From Squalus acanthias (lineage: Eukaryota): a stretch of 64,000 bases of DNA. The notes beneath the pieces were generated by a model. It was not told the origin of the DNA. It made no database searches and saw only the letters and a program-made list of their open reading frames with translations. The stretch's first letter is position 1. Every line of letters begins with the position of its first letter. Shown here piece by piece: positions 47,010 to 58,300 of the stretch. The stretch is taken from assembly GCA_030390025.1 (NCBI GenBank), contig CM059443.1, forward strand, positions 38,750,001 to 38,814,000. Reading direction: 5' to 3'. The position numbers were made by a program, and so were the translations under genes.

Positions 47010-49362
47010 ATGGAACGAATTCTAGTATTGCTCGCGGCAATCGGATGTGGATTGGCCTATCGAGGCCGCACCAAGGATGTCGTGGTGTTTGGATGCTCCG
47101 GGGACACGGCCTCCATCGCGGTGGATGGGACCGGAAGACGGGAGGCTGAGGAGACCACCACCTATTTGCACAAGGGAAGGTGGCCAGGATGGCTGGGAAC
47201 GAACTCAACGGAGTATTCCAGCACATCGGGGTTTGCCTACCAAGAGACTTCTTTACTGTGCCCCAAAGTAAGGATCATCGCACCCAGGATCAGCGTCACC
47301 GTCGGCAAACGGATTTGTTTGACTTGTAGTGGGAATGTCCCATTGAGCCGATGGTGGTGGCTGCGAAAGCTGAGCAAAAACATGAGGAACTCTTCGGTCG
47401 AGTGGGAACGACTGGGTAATAATACCCATCAGACAATTACGGGGACAAACGGACAAGTGAGAGTCTGTTGGGACAAATGGTGGGAACCGGATGAGGGAAT
47501 TTATGTATGTATGTGGGGGTCAAAGTACGTTTGCCCCAAAGGCATCTCCATATTTTTCATTAATCAATGGCAGGATAACGGACAGGGGATGAGGTGGGAT
47601 GCTAGCACCAGGGGGTGCGGGGCCCCATTCTCCCCGATCCCAGTAAATGCCACTGAACTCATTACGCGCCCACGCAAAGCCCCGCCCACGATTCCGGTGG
47701 TTCTAGCTAAGGAAGAAGGGTGCCCTAAAACTAGTAAGGGACCCGGGAATGGTTTGGTACTGGTCCCCACAGACCAGATACTATTTCAGGGGGTACATTA
47801 CGCGGTGGCCTCGGTGATTTTAAATCTCACCGAGGTACGGTTACCAGAGTGGTGCCCCAAAAAGACGGAACAGTTATATCAGGTCCTGTTGACCAAGATG
47901 TTCAGACAATTTTACGAATTCGATTTCGCGGAAATTGATAAAACAAGTTTGTACACCGCACCACATGAAGTTTTGGATCAGGTGGGGAGACAAAGAAGGG
48001 GTGTTGTGAACGACGCGTTCACTGCTTTCAACACAGGTACATCTGTGGTCAACGCTCTAGACAGCATGGAGCTGCAGACCCAGATTAATGGCTTAAAAAC
48101 GCAATTAAAAGACATTCTCACAGATGAAAATAAGGTGGTTGGGTCTGGGTTACACGAGGACCAAGCCATGACTCTCCACTTAAAAGAAATAATAGCTGAA
48201 CTAGAGAAACACGCGAGAACGGTAAATGCCCTGATTAGGGAAGATCGGAATGCATCCGATCAAGCTGCGCAGAATGAGGTGTGCGTGCTTTACGGGGCGT
48301 GGTTACTGGGCGAGGGCCGCAGTAATTTGGAGGATTTAAAACAAGGTTTGGTCCCGTCCTGGATAAGTAACAAACACCTGCGGGCGCTCCACCCTTTTCA
48401 GAACGCATTAAGCCCGTGCCAGCTCAGGCTAGCTTCAGAAGCATACCCAGTCCCCGTGGACTGTGGACGATCAAACCATACCATTATGGGTATAGTTTTA
48501 CGTATGCCGGTTTTGGGCGACACAGCAAAGCCCGCCCCGGTGTATCGGGTAGAGAACATTGGTGTCATTCAGGGGGGAGCCCACATTCGCTATGCAGCGG
48601 TTCCACCTTACGTCATCCGCTGGGAGCAAACGATGACAGGTACCGATCTCTCTGGTTGTCGTGGCAGGGGAGCACACATAATACTGTGTCCCCAGTACTT
48701 GAATGCCTTTTTAACACCACAGTGCGGGTTCAGAACGGCTGGCGCCAAGTCCATGAATTGCACCATGGAGGCAATGGCACAAGATCATGTGCCTCCGCAG
48801 GTAGCATACATCGGGGGTGGAACATATTGTGTTACCACTGCAGCGCAACACTACCAACATGGAAACCATAGCCGGTGTCCGGTGAGTGACAGCAGTTTCT
48901 GTTTTAAACCCAGGGCGGAAGTTCAAGTAGCACAACAGCGAATTGTCCCAATCCCTGAACCATCCACGGTTCATCTCACCGTAAAAAAAGAACTTTACCG
49001 ACCTGCAGCGATTCGTTGCGCATTTCGGATACCTCATTCCCCCTCTCCCTGAACACCTCACCAAGCTTTTAAAAGCCGTCGCGGTATCACAAAAACATTT
49101 TTACACACTAGAACAGAAAACTGTCGAGATAGGGACAGAAATTCTGGACATAGTAATTCCACCGTGGTGGAATCTGTTCACCAACATTGAAGTGCCTTCC
49201 TGGATTAGAATAGCCTCCCACATTTTAGTTGTATGCCAAGTGTTTATTGTGGTATACTTATTGGTCGTACATTGTAAGAGAGGCAAACGCCTCACCAAGA
49301 ACGAAAACACGGGAGAGTGGCGAGAACGTTACGTGCGCGTGCACGACGAAAGCACCGTGTAA
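47010..49362 (+). CDS. env: Env: signal peptide, Ig-like domain, furin site, F-protein-like class I fusion subunit, TM and cytoplasmic tail; +1 frameshift in A7 at 48983-48989
   Basis: MERILVLLAAIGCGLA signal; RQRR at 47988-47999, then GVVNDAFTAFNTGTSVVNA and a heptad repeat. The +1 frame from 48991 is open to TAA 49360-49362 and encodes TM WIRIASHILVVCQVFIVVYLLVV. Candidate splice acceptor cccag| at 46996. Confidence 0.88.
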
Positions 49363-49802
49363 TCAGAAAATGGCGTCACTCCCGTTTGCCACGTGCGCCT
49401 CGGAAGTGTTGTAATCGATCGTGATTTTTCAGAAACTGTAATTACGTTTGGAACTCGACATGTTTAAGAGTTGGTTTTGATTATTTTGGTGATGGTGTTG
49501 TTGTTGAATATGATTGTTTGGTTTTGTGTTGTTTTTCTTTTCCCTGAATAAAAAATGTGAATATACAGGTGATACGAGAGGCATCGGCCTGGTTACGCCT
49601 GGAAGGAAAACAAGTGGTGTAAGTTTAAAGGCAAATAATGCCTGCGGTGTTATAAGAATGTAATTTTCCTGGGAAATAAGGACAACGCAAAGACCCTAGA
49701 TAGTTTAAGTTATGGGGATTATTTTTCTGGATCTGGAGAAATCGAGATAATATTGCTCACCACAATATTTTTGATACGATAAACGGAGTTATTCGCATCA
49801 AC

Positions 49803-49811
49803 AGGAGGGAC
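49803..49811 (+). promoter_or_regulatory. Polypurine tract
   Basis: aggagggac immediately 5' of the 3' LTR. Confidence 0.75.
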
Positions 49812-51507
49812 TGTAGAATTCGCAATATATCGCGATTTTATAAATAAGGAGAAAAACACATAGTTTCGTTCAAACAGCTTTATTTCAGCAGAATGCTGTC
49901 AGGTTTTCAAAGTGGACACAAGCAGCCTGTAAGATGGCCGCCACGCCTCGTGGCAGAACATTCTAGACTTTTCGATAAGCAGACAAGATGGCGTTCCAAT
50001 AAACATTTGTGCGAGATCGATCAAGACTCAGCACATTTGAGATAATACACGAGACATTATGGGTTTGCAGTATACACATAAATACTGAAATCGGTCTCCC
50101 AGGTGCGAATAAAGGGGCTATTGTACCAAGCGATCAAGAACCCATCCAAAGACATTAATATGCAAAATCCCCACGACTCTACGATGAGAGAGCCGTTTGC
50201 GGGTAGTTACAGAAAACATTTAGAAGCCCCAAAACCCCTCCAGGGAGAATACCGACCGGTTACACATTGGAAAAGTATTAACAGGTACTCAGACAGTTAC
50301 GAGTATCCCCGAAACCCATTAAAACGGAGATCACCTTATACAAGAAATTTGAGCGCCAAAACCCTAACAAAAGAAAAGACATTAAGGTTGGGCAGGAAAA
50401 GAAGAGTTTCAGCACTATAACTGTAAAACTACAACCGTCCATCTTTCTCTTATTCTTATCCTCTTGCCGCCTTGCTCTTATTCTCCTGCCTCTTGCCGCT
50501 TGCATCGTGCCTCTGCCTCTTGCAGCTCTTAAAGACTATTGAACTTTCCGATCCGCCAGGATCAGCCTCGTGGCTTGCCGCGAAGATCTGTGTGGAACTG
50601 GGCTGTGAAGCCTTGAAACGGGCACACCATCCCGAGAAGTCGGTACACGGTGTTGGAATCGAAGGCCCGAGATGAGATGAGATGAGATGAGATGAGATGA
50701 GATGAGAAGAGAAGAAGACGACCATACGTATCGCCACGGTCAGTAAGCCCCGACCGCGCCTGTAGGTCGAATAGACACTTTCCTTGCCCAGGAAGACCAT
50801 CTTTGAGTTCTACAGAACTGGCATCGGAAGACTATTCTTCGAATTTTATCGCATCAGTGCGAGGGCACAGGAAGACTCTTTTTTGAGTAGTGTCGGAACT
50901 CCGAGGACAACACAGATCTTCATGACAGCAGACGGTCCAGCCTGCTAGCCGGAGCAGAAACGAGTAAACAAGTGGGGTACAGAGACCCCTGATCAACACG
51001 TGGGTGATCAGGTGCTGCGGTAAAAACATCCGAGCAGAGTTTTCGGAATTCTCCGAGTTATCACGAGTGGTGAGCATGAGTCTCGATCCTACAAATCTAG
51101 TTTAGAGCAGGTATTGATAGGGGAGGGTTTAAGTTTTAAGGATAACTGTAATGTGCGCCCCCATTTACGATGTGTCGTTCGTTCCTCGTTTCCCTGAAAT
51201 TAGTTACATAACTGCGTGTAAGATTGTATTGTCATTAATCTGTGCTTATGACATGTATTTTGTAATCTTGAATAATATGCAATAAATATTTTCCATTTCG
51301 TACCATTCAACCGGGTCTACCTGAGTTTTCTCTCCATTATTGCTCTCGCATCTAAGTCCAGTGTCAGAACCGTAAGGGCGAGTGGGTCGAACCACTCACA
51401 GGTGTCTAGTGCTCCCAGACTGGCTGGAGACCAGAACAGGCAACAAGGCCTAACCTCGCACTAGCACCCAGGCTGAGCACAGAGCCACACAAGGCAAAAC
51501 CCTTACA
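49812..51507 (+). repeat. 3' LTR (1696 bp)
   Basis: Matches the 5' LTR except about 7 substitutions seen by eye and one extra GATGA unit. Confidence 0.97.
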
Positions 51508-51554
51508 ATTGCAACACTTCAAAAGTACTTCATTGGCTGTAAATTGCTTTGGGG

Positions 51555-52099
51555 CAACCCGGCACCAAGCTCATGGTCTACAGAGCAGCAGTGATACCCG
51601 CCCTCCTGTCTGCTTCAGAGACGTGGACCATGTACAGCAGGCATCTCAAAGCACTGGAGAGGTACCACCAACGCTGCCTCCGCAAGATCCTGCAAATCCA
51701 TTGGCAGGATAGGCGCACCAACGTCAGTGTTCTCGCTCAGGCCAACATCCCCAGCATCGAAGCTTTGACCACGCTCGATCAGCTCCGATGGACGGGCCAC
51801 ATCATCCGCATGCCCGATACGAGACTCCCAAAACAAACGCTCTACTCGGAGCTCCGACACGGCAAGAGAGCCCCAGGTGGGCAGAGGAAACGCTTCAAGG
51901 ACACCCTCAAAGGCAAACAGCGGACGGAGCGCACGTCAACCCAAGCACCCCACCCACCCGCCCCTTCAACCACCGTCTGCCCCACCTGTGACAGAGACTG
52001 TAGGTCCCGCATTGGACTCGTCAGTCACCTGAGAACTCATTTTTAGTGTGGAAGCAAGTCAGCCTCGGTTCCGAGGGACTGCCTGAGAAGAAGGAGAAG
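51555..52099 (+). mobile_element. RTE-clade LINE 3' fragment (same family as 8415-9949) with 59-bp TSD
   Basis: PGTKLMVYRAAVIPALL...CPTCDRDCRSRIGLVSHLRTH; same 3'UTR gtggaagcaagtc...gactgcct. Confidence 0.92.
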
Positions 52100-52844
52100 A
52101 ATGTATCCTACATTACAACACTTCAAAAGCACTTCATTGGCTGTAAATTGCTCTGGGGTGAAAGGTGTTGTCTACCTGCAAGTTTCTTCTTTTGGACGTG
52201 TTTATTTGCAACAGCAAAAGCTCTGATTGGTCCCCATGGATGACAAGTCTTGATTGCTGATTAGTCCCCAAGGATGACAAACCCTGATTGCTGCTTGGTC
52301 CCCTTGGAGACCAGACACACCCAGCAGTTTCTCTGGAACGTGCAATTAGATCCTCCCTGCCTAAGTGATCAGTTACTTTGCAAAGTGGAACTCGAGCCAT
52401 TCAGACTGCTGACTCCAGACAGAGCAGAGCTCACATGGAACAGACAGGGCTCACCCTCGCGGGTTAAGACCTTCTCCCACCCCCCGATAGATGAGGCATT
52501 GTGTGTGGGTCACGGATTGTTAACAGGTTTTTATTGGGTATGAAGTGAATAGTGAAAGTGTCATGACTTCCGGATTTCGTCCAGTCCAATGATGTCACTT
52601 GCCACACACGCACCGAGCTTTCCGAGAAATTATCCCGGTCTCGGGGGAGGAGAGGGAGAAAGTGGTGTAAAGGGGGTGGGGTTGGAAGAAGGTGATCCAT
52701 CTTATCGTCTGGACCGCGTTTTCGCTCTCATCCACCACCGCCCCCCACCCCCCGACCCCTTTAGACCTGGATCATGTTCTTCCCCCATCCCCACTGTGCT
52801 CTCCGTGCTCCTTACCCACTCCCACCGAGTTCCTGACCTCCTCT

Positions 52845-52948
52845 CTCTCCCCCTCCGACCTCTCCCTCCCCCTCCGACCTCTCTCTCCCCCTCCGACCTC
52901 TCTCTCCCCCTCCGACCTCTCTCTCCCCCTCCGACCTCTCTCTCCCCC
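52845..52948. repeat. About 20-22-bp pyrimidine-rich tandem repeat (CCCCCTCCGACCTCTCTCT)
   Basis: Directly visible, about 5 copies. Confidence 0.9.
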
Positions 52949-53196
52949 CAGCCAGCATGGATCCAGTGACGGGCCTCCTCCCACGGAGCTGAACAAAGTG
53001 TGGCTCACGCTGCACTGCAGCCGCAACTGTGGGGTACGGCGCATGCGCGGCCTCGGGGACAACACACAAGAGCCCAAGACACAAGAATGTTCGTGCAGAT
53101 AAATACTTTGTTTTCTTTCTTTCTTAAAGGATATTAGTGAACCGGTTGTTTTTTTTTACGACGGTCAGACAGCTTCCCAGTCACAGCTGGTGTCAC

Positions 53197-54225
53197 CCAT
53201 GGCTCAGTGGGCAGCGCTCTCGCCTCTTAGTCAGAAGGTTGTGGGTTCGAGTCCCACTCTAGAGACCTGAGCACAAAAATCTAAGCTGACACTCTAATGC
53301 AGTACTGAGGGAGTGCCGCACTGTCGGAAGGGCAGTACTGAGGGAGCGCCGCACTGTCGGAGGGGCAGTACTGAGGGAGTGCCGCACTGTCGGAGGGGCA
53401 GTACTGAGGGAGCACAGCACTGTCGGAGGGGCAGTATTGAGGGAGCGCTGCACTGTCGGAGGGGCAGTACTGAGGGAGTGCTGCACTGTCGGAGGGGCAG
53501 TACTGAGGGAGTGCCGCACTGTTGGAGGGGCAGTACTGAGGGAGCGCTACACTGTCAGAGGGGCAGTACTGAGGGAGCGCAGCACTGTTGGAGGGGCAGT
53601 ACTGAGGGAGCTCCGCACTGTCGGAGGGGCAGTACTGAGGGAGCTCCGCACTGTCGGAGGGGCAGTACTGAGGGAGTGCCGCACTGTCGGTGGGGCAGTA
53701 CTGAGGGAGTGCCGCACTGTCGGAGGGGCAGTACTGAGGGAGCGCCGCACTGTCGGAGGGGCAGTACTGAGGGAGCGCTGCACTGTCGGAGGGTCAGTAC
53801 TTAGAGAGCGCAGCACTGTCGGAGGGGCAGTACTTAGAGAGCGCCGCACTGTCGGAGGGGCAGTACTGAAGGAGCACTGCACTCTCAGAGGTGCCGTCTT
53901 TCAGATGAGATGTTAAACCGAGGCCCCATCTGGCCTCTCAGGTGGACGTGAAAGATCCCACGGCACTATTTTGAAGAAGTGCAGGGGAGTTCTCCCCGGT
54001 GTCCAGGGGCCAATATTTATCCCTCAACCAACATCACTAAAACAGAATATTTTGGTCATTATCTCATTGCTGTTTGTGGGAGCTTGCTGTGCACAAATTG
54101 GCTGCCACGTTTCCTACATTACAACAGTGACTACACTTCAAAAAGTAATTCACTGGCTGTAAAGTGCTTTGGCACATTCTGGGGTTGTGAAAGGCGCTGT
54201 ATTAATGTGATTTCTTTCTTTCTTC
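53197..54225 (+). mobile_element. Full-length Deu-SINE with an internal 33-bp minisatellite expansion (about 53300-53890)
   Basis: tRNA head with A/B boxes, about 18 copies of the 33-mer, then the normal SINE body and tail. Confidence 0.92.
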
Positions 54226-54529
54226 TTTTACTGATCCCAGCTTTTTAATCCCCTGTTGTGTGTGAATTGAGCCTTGGAAAGATCTCAATGTGCAGTTGGC
54301 AAAGGGTTAACTCCCTGAAATGACGGCAAGGCTTTGTTTGGGAGCTGGGGGTTGGGGGTTGGTGGGAAAGGAGTTTCCTGTTGCAGCAGTCGAACCAGCC
54401 AGACCTCTGGTGCGTTGCAAAAAATACCAAAACCGCAGCACGAGATGTACTGCTGTCTGGGGTGCCAAAGCGAGTTATTTAAACCCTTTTACAGATTGCA
54501 GGTGGCAGGAAGCCGGCCGGCCTTGTTTT

Positions 54530-54790
54530 AAAACGTCAGCCCACCAAGATTTAAAGGGACTCGTCGCAGAGCAAGACTGCGAACAGGCTCGGCGGGCAGG
54601 GCCAATCAGGGCAGCGGTCGGAGCAGCGCCAGAGGCCAATGAGACGCCGAGGAACGTCAGCTTAGCAACAGGGCTATTCGGGTGCCTGGCCAATTGTGCG
54701 TGAGCTGGTGTTTGCCGGCCTCCTCGCTGATTCGGTGACACTTCGAGATCAGAACACAGGATAATGAGACAACTTCCTGTTGTCCTCCGA
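54530..54790. promoter_or_regulatory. Candidate CpG-rich promoter (three CCAAT boxes, CRE half-sites, RFX X-box-like site, ETS site)
   Basis: gccaat at about 54601, 54635 and 54688; acgtca twice; cttagcaacag at 54661; acttcctgt at 54772; non-repetitive context. Confidence 0.35.
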
Positions 54791-55299
54791 AAAAAGACTG
54801 ATTACGGTGGGGGAATTTCTCAGCTTCGTGTGAGAGAGTGAGACAGCACAGTTTCAGCTTTTACCCAAAGCCTCTTGGCTCCTGATTAAGTCACGAGTTC
54901 ACTTTCCGAAAATTTTACTGAAGTGGCATTTTTAAAAAACAAGGATTCCCAGTTTACTTTTTTTTGCCCTGTCGAGTTTTTCTCTCCGTTCTTCCTTGAA
55001 GGGAGGTTGATTTGCGTTTTGGGGGTGTGTGTGTGTGTGGGAGGGTGGGAGTCCTCTCATACCTCACTCCAGCACCTCCATTCTTCACTTGCGAGTGTCG
55101 GCAGGCTATACAAACCTGGAGGGCATCACATTGCTGCCCATTGCTGCCCATTGCTGCCCCTGATGGGGAGGAGTGCGGGGCACCCCAGACCTTTGCGATC
55201 GCATTAGGGACTGTGAGACTTGACTGCCCCTTAGAAATTAAGCTGAAGCCACCCGTCACAGTGGAAACACACTCCCAGCGCTACACGCAATGTGAAAGA

Positions 55300-55590
55300 A
55301 AGACAGACTTGCATTTCTACAGCGCCTTTCACGACCACCGGACGTCCCAAAGCATTTTACAGCCAATGAAGTATTTTTGAAGTGTAGTCACTGTTGTAAT
55401 GTAGGAAACGCAGCAGCCAATTTGCGCACAGCAAGCTCCCACAAACAGCAATGAGATAATGACCAGATAATCTGTTTCAGTGATGTTGATTGAGGGATAA
55501 ATATTGGCCCCAGGATACCGGGGAGAACTCCCCTGCTCTTCTTCAAAATAGTGTCGCGGGAGCGTTTACATCCACCCGAGAGAGCAGACA
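55300..55590 (-). mobile_element. Deu-SINE fragment; other partial copies at about 5357-5437, 7740-8065, 10770-11115, 20703-20885, 57430-57615, 58140-58300
   Basis: Matches the SINE body and tail seen elsewhere in the window. Confidence 0.85.
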
Positions 55591-55619
55591 GTGTTTTGAA
55601 CATAAGACTTTAAGTTACA

Positions 55620-55925
55620 TACGATTACAAAGAATTACATAAAACTTACAGCACACAAACAGGCCGTTCGGCCCATCTGCTCCGTGCCGGTGTTTATGCT
55701 CCACACCAGCCTCCTCCCACCCCTCTTCATCTCACCCAGTCAGCGTATCCTTCTATTCCTTTCTCCCTCGTTCGTTTATCCAGCTTCCCCTTAAATGCAT
55801 CTGTGCTATTCGCCTCAACCACTCCCTGTGGTAGCGAGTTCCCCATTCTCACCACTCTCTGGGTAAAGAGATTTCTCCTGAATTCCCCATTGGATTTATT
55901 AGGGATTATCTTATATTGATGGCCC
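55620..55925 (-). mobile_element. CR1 LINE 3' end
   Basis: Reverse complement of the CR1 3' region seen at 36950-37230. Confidence 0.85.
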
Positions 55926-56169
55926 CGTGGTTTAGCTTGGGTTTATCCGAAGACCTCTTCTATATTGGGGCCACGGTCTCCCGGCGGATGATGGCAACAA
56001 CACCAAGGGTCAATTGCCCAGATTGACGAGGGCCGACTGGTAGCTCCAGGAATATGTCCAACCCGAGTTGGTAACGCTGCTGATGTTGCAGCACTGGCCA
56101 GAATAAATCACGGGCAAAACAGCTGAGGTCAGTGATGGTCATGCCAGCCAATAATTGGTGCCATTCTTT

Positions 56170-57430
56170 TGTTGCAAGTGATTCATTTTGGTCGGAAGAA
56201 TGAGGAGAGGCAATATAAACCAAATGGTGTAATTTTAAAGGGGGTGCAGGAACAGAGAGACCTGGGGGTGTACGTACACAAGTCTTTGAAGATGACAGGG
56301 CAGATTGAGAAGGCTGTTAAAAAAGCAGATGGCTTTAAAAATAGAGGTATAGAGCCCAAAAGCAAGGAAGTTATACTAAACCTTTATAAATCACTGGTTA
56401 GACCCTCAGCTGGAGTATTGCGTCCAATTCTGGGCACCGCACTTTAGGAAAGGATGTCAAGGCCTTGGAGAGGGTGCAGAGGGGATTTACCAGAATGGTT
56501 CCAGGGTTGAGGGACTTCAGTTATGTGGAGAGACTGGAGAAGCTGGGGTTGTTCTCCTCAGAGCAGAGAAGGTTAAGAAGAAAGAAAGAAAGACTTGCAT
56601 TTCTGTAGCGCCTTTCACGACCACCGGACATCTCAAAACGCTTTACAGCCAATGAAGTACTTTTGAAGTGTAGTCACTGTTGTAATGTGGGAAACACGGC
56701 AGCCAATATGCGCACAGCAAGGTCCCACAAACAGCACTGTGATAATGACCAAATAATCTGTTTTTTGTTACGTTGATTGAGGGATAAATATTGGCCAGAA
56801 CACCAGGGAGAACTCCCCTGCTCTTCTTTGAAATAGTGCCATAGGATCTTTTACGTCCACCTGAGAGAGCAGACGGGGCCTCGGTTTAACGTCTCATCTG
56901 AAAGACGGCAGCTCCGACAGTGCGGCACTCCCTCAGTACTGGCACTGGGAGTGTCAGCCTAGCTTTTTGTGCTCAAGTTCCTGGAGTGGGATGCGAACCC
57001 ACAACCTTCTGACTCAGAGGCGAGAGAGTGCGACCCACGGAGCCACAGCTGACACAGGGGAGATTTGATAGAGGTGTTCAAAATTATGAGGAGTTTTGAT
57101 AGAGTAGATAGGAAGAAACTGTTTCCACTGGCAGGGGGGTCAGTAACCACAGCACACAGATTTAAAATAATTGGCAAAAAATTCAGCGGGGGAGATGAAG
57201 ATCATTTTTTACGCAGCGAGTTGTGATCTGGATCGCGCTGCCTGAAAGGGCGGTGGAAGCAGATTCAATAGTAACTTTCAAAAGGGAATTGGATAAATAC
57301 TGGAAGGGGAAACATTTGCAGGGCTCTGGGGAAAGAGCAGGGGGGAGTGGGACTAATTGGCAAGCTCGACCAAAGAGCCGGCACAGGCACGATGGGCCGA
57401 ATGGCCTCCTTCTGTGCTGTAAGATTCACT
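56170..57430 (+). mobile_element. CR1 LINE 3' part interrupted by a full-length antisense Deu-SINE (about 56578-57055)
   Basis: QVIHFGRKN...QRDLGV...LYKSLVRP. CR1 sequence gaaggttaag|gggagatttgatag is split by the SINE. Confidence 0.9.
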
Positions 57431-58044
57431 AAAAACAGATTATCTGGTCATTATCACATTGCTGTTTGTGGGAGCTTTCTGTGCGCAATTTGACTGCCGC
57501 GTTTCCTACATAGCAACAGTGACTACACGCCAAAAAAATGTATTTGATTGGCTGTAAAGCGCTTTAGAACGTCCTAAGGTTTGAAAGGCGCTGTAGAAAT
57601 GCAAGTCTTTCTTTCTTTCTTTCTTTCTTTCTCTCTTTCTTTCTCTTTTCCTTTCTCTCTTTCTCTCACCCGCTGAGCCGGCGACACCTGTGTGGGGAGA
57701 TCACGCTGATACTGGGCCGATGGCCTGTTCTCAGTCAGCACGGTTATAGACAGAAACACACCTCTGCCTCCAACACAATGGGAGCAGGCGAGCTATTTGA
57801 AACTGTGGCACAGTTCAGCACAGGAAGGGTGCGGTTGAGACACGCAGTGCTGTGCGAGTCTCTGTGAATCGTGCATTGTTGCACGGAATCACGTGAAGGA
57901 GTGCAGCTCAGTTATGAACAGAGCCCTTCAATCAGCCTCCTTTATCATTTGGGATTGCTTTTTTTTAAAGTGGGGCAAATTCAGAAAAGGGCGGTCTGAG
58001 CAAAGCTAGGGCATCTCTGGTGGGCACCAACGCTGCACATAAAC

Positions 58045-58098
58045 TATTCGAAGTACCTGACGAAGGAGCAGAGCTCCGAAAGCTCGTAATTTCAAATA
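58045..58098 (+). ncRNA. Minimal hammerhead ribozyme in a solo Penelope terminal-repeat fragment (to about 58138)
   Basis: tattcgaagtac-CTGACGA-A-GGAGC-aga-GCTCC-GAAA-GCT-C-gtaatttcaaata: intact core, stem II, palindromic AGCT stem III, extended stem I. Confidence 0.75.
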
Positions 58099-58300
58099 AA
58101 ACTGTTGGACTATAACCTGGTGTTGTGCGACTTCTCATTTTTATTCGAAGAAGAGCAGGGGAGATCTGCAGTGGTATCCTGGGGCCCATATTGATTACTC
58201 AACCAAAACCTAAAACCAATTATCTTGTCATTTAACACATTGCTGTTTATGGGAGCTTGCTGTGCTCAAATAGGCTGCCGCATTTCCAACATTACAATAA

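Larger units (their letters stand above)
38842..51507 (+). mobile_element. Full-length endogenous retrovirus-like provirus (lokiretrovirus-like: LTR-gag-pol-env-LTR), 12.67 kb
   Basis: Paired TG..CA LTRs, 4-bp TSD ATTG (38838-38841, 51508-51511), PBS, PPT, and gag, pol and env ORFs. The lokiretrovirus assignment is inferred from dual RNase H plus F-like Env. Confidence 0.96.

Noticed and set aside
47265-47565. Idea that the Env Ig domain was captured from the neighbouring VCAM-like gene
   Set aside because: Only generic Ig motifs (LxC, W, DxGxYxC) are shared, with no visible nucleotide similarity, and the provirus is a recent arrival.
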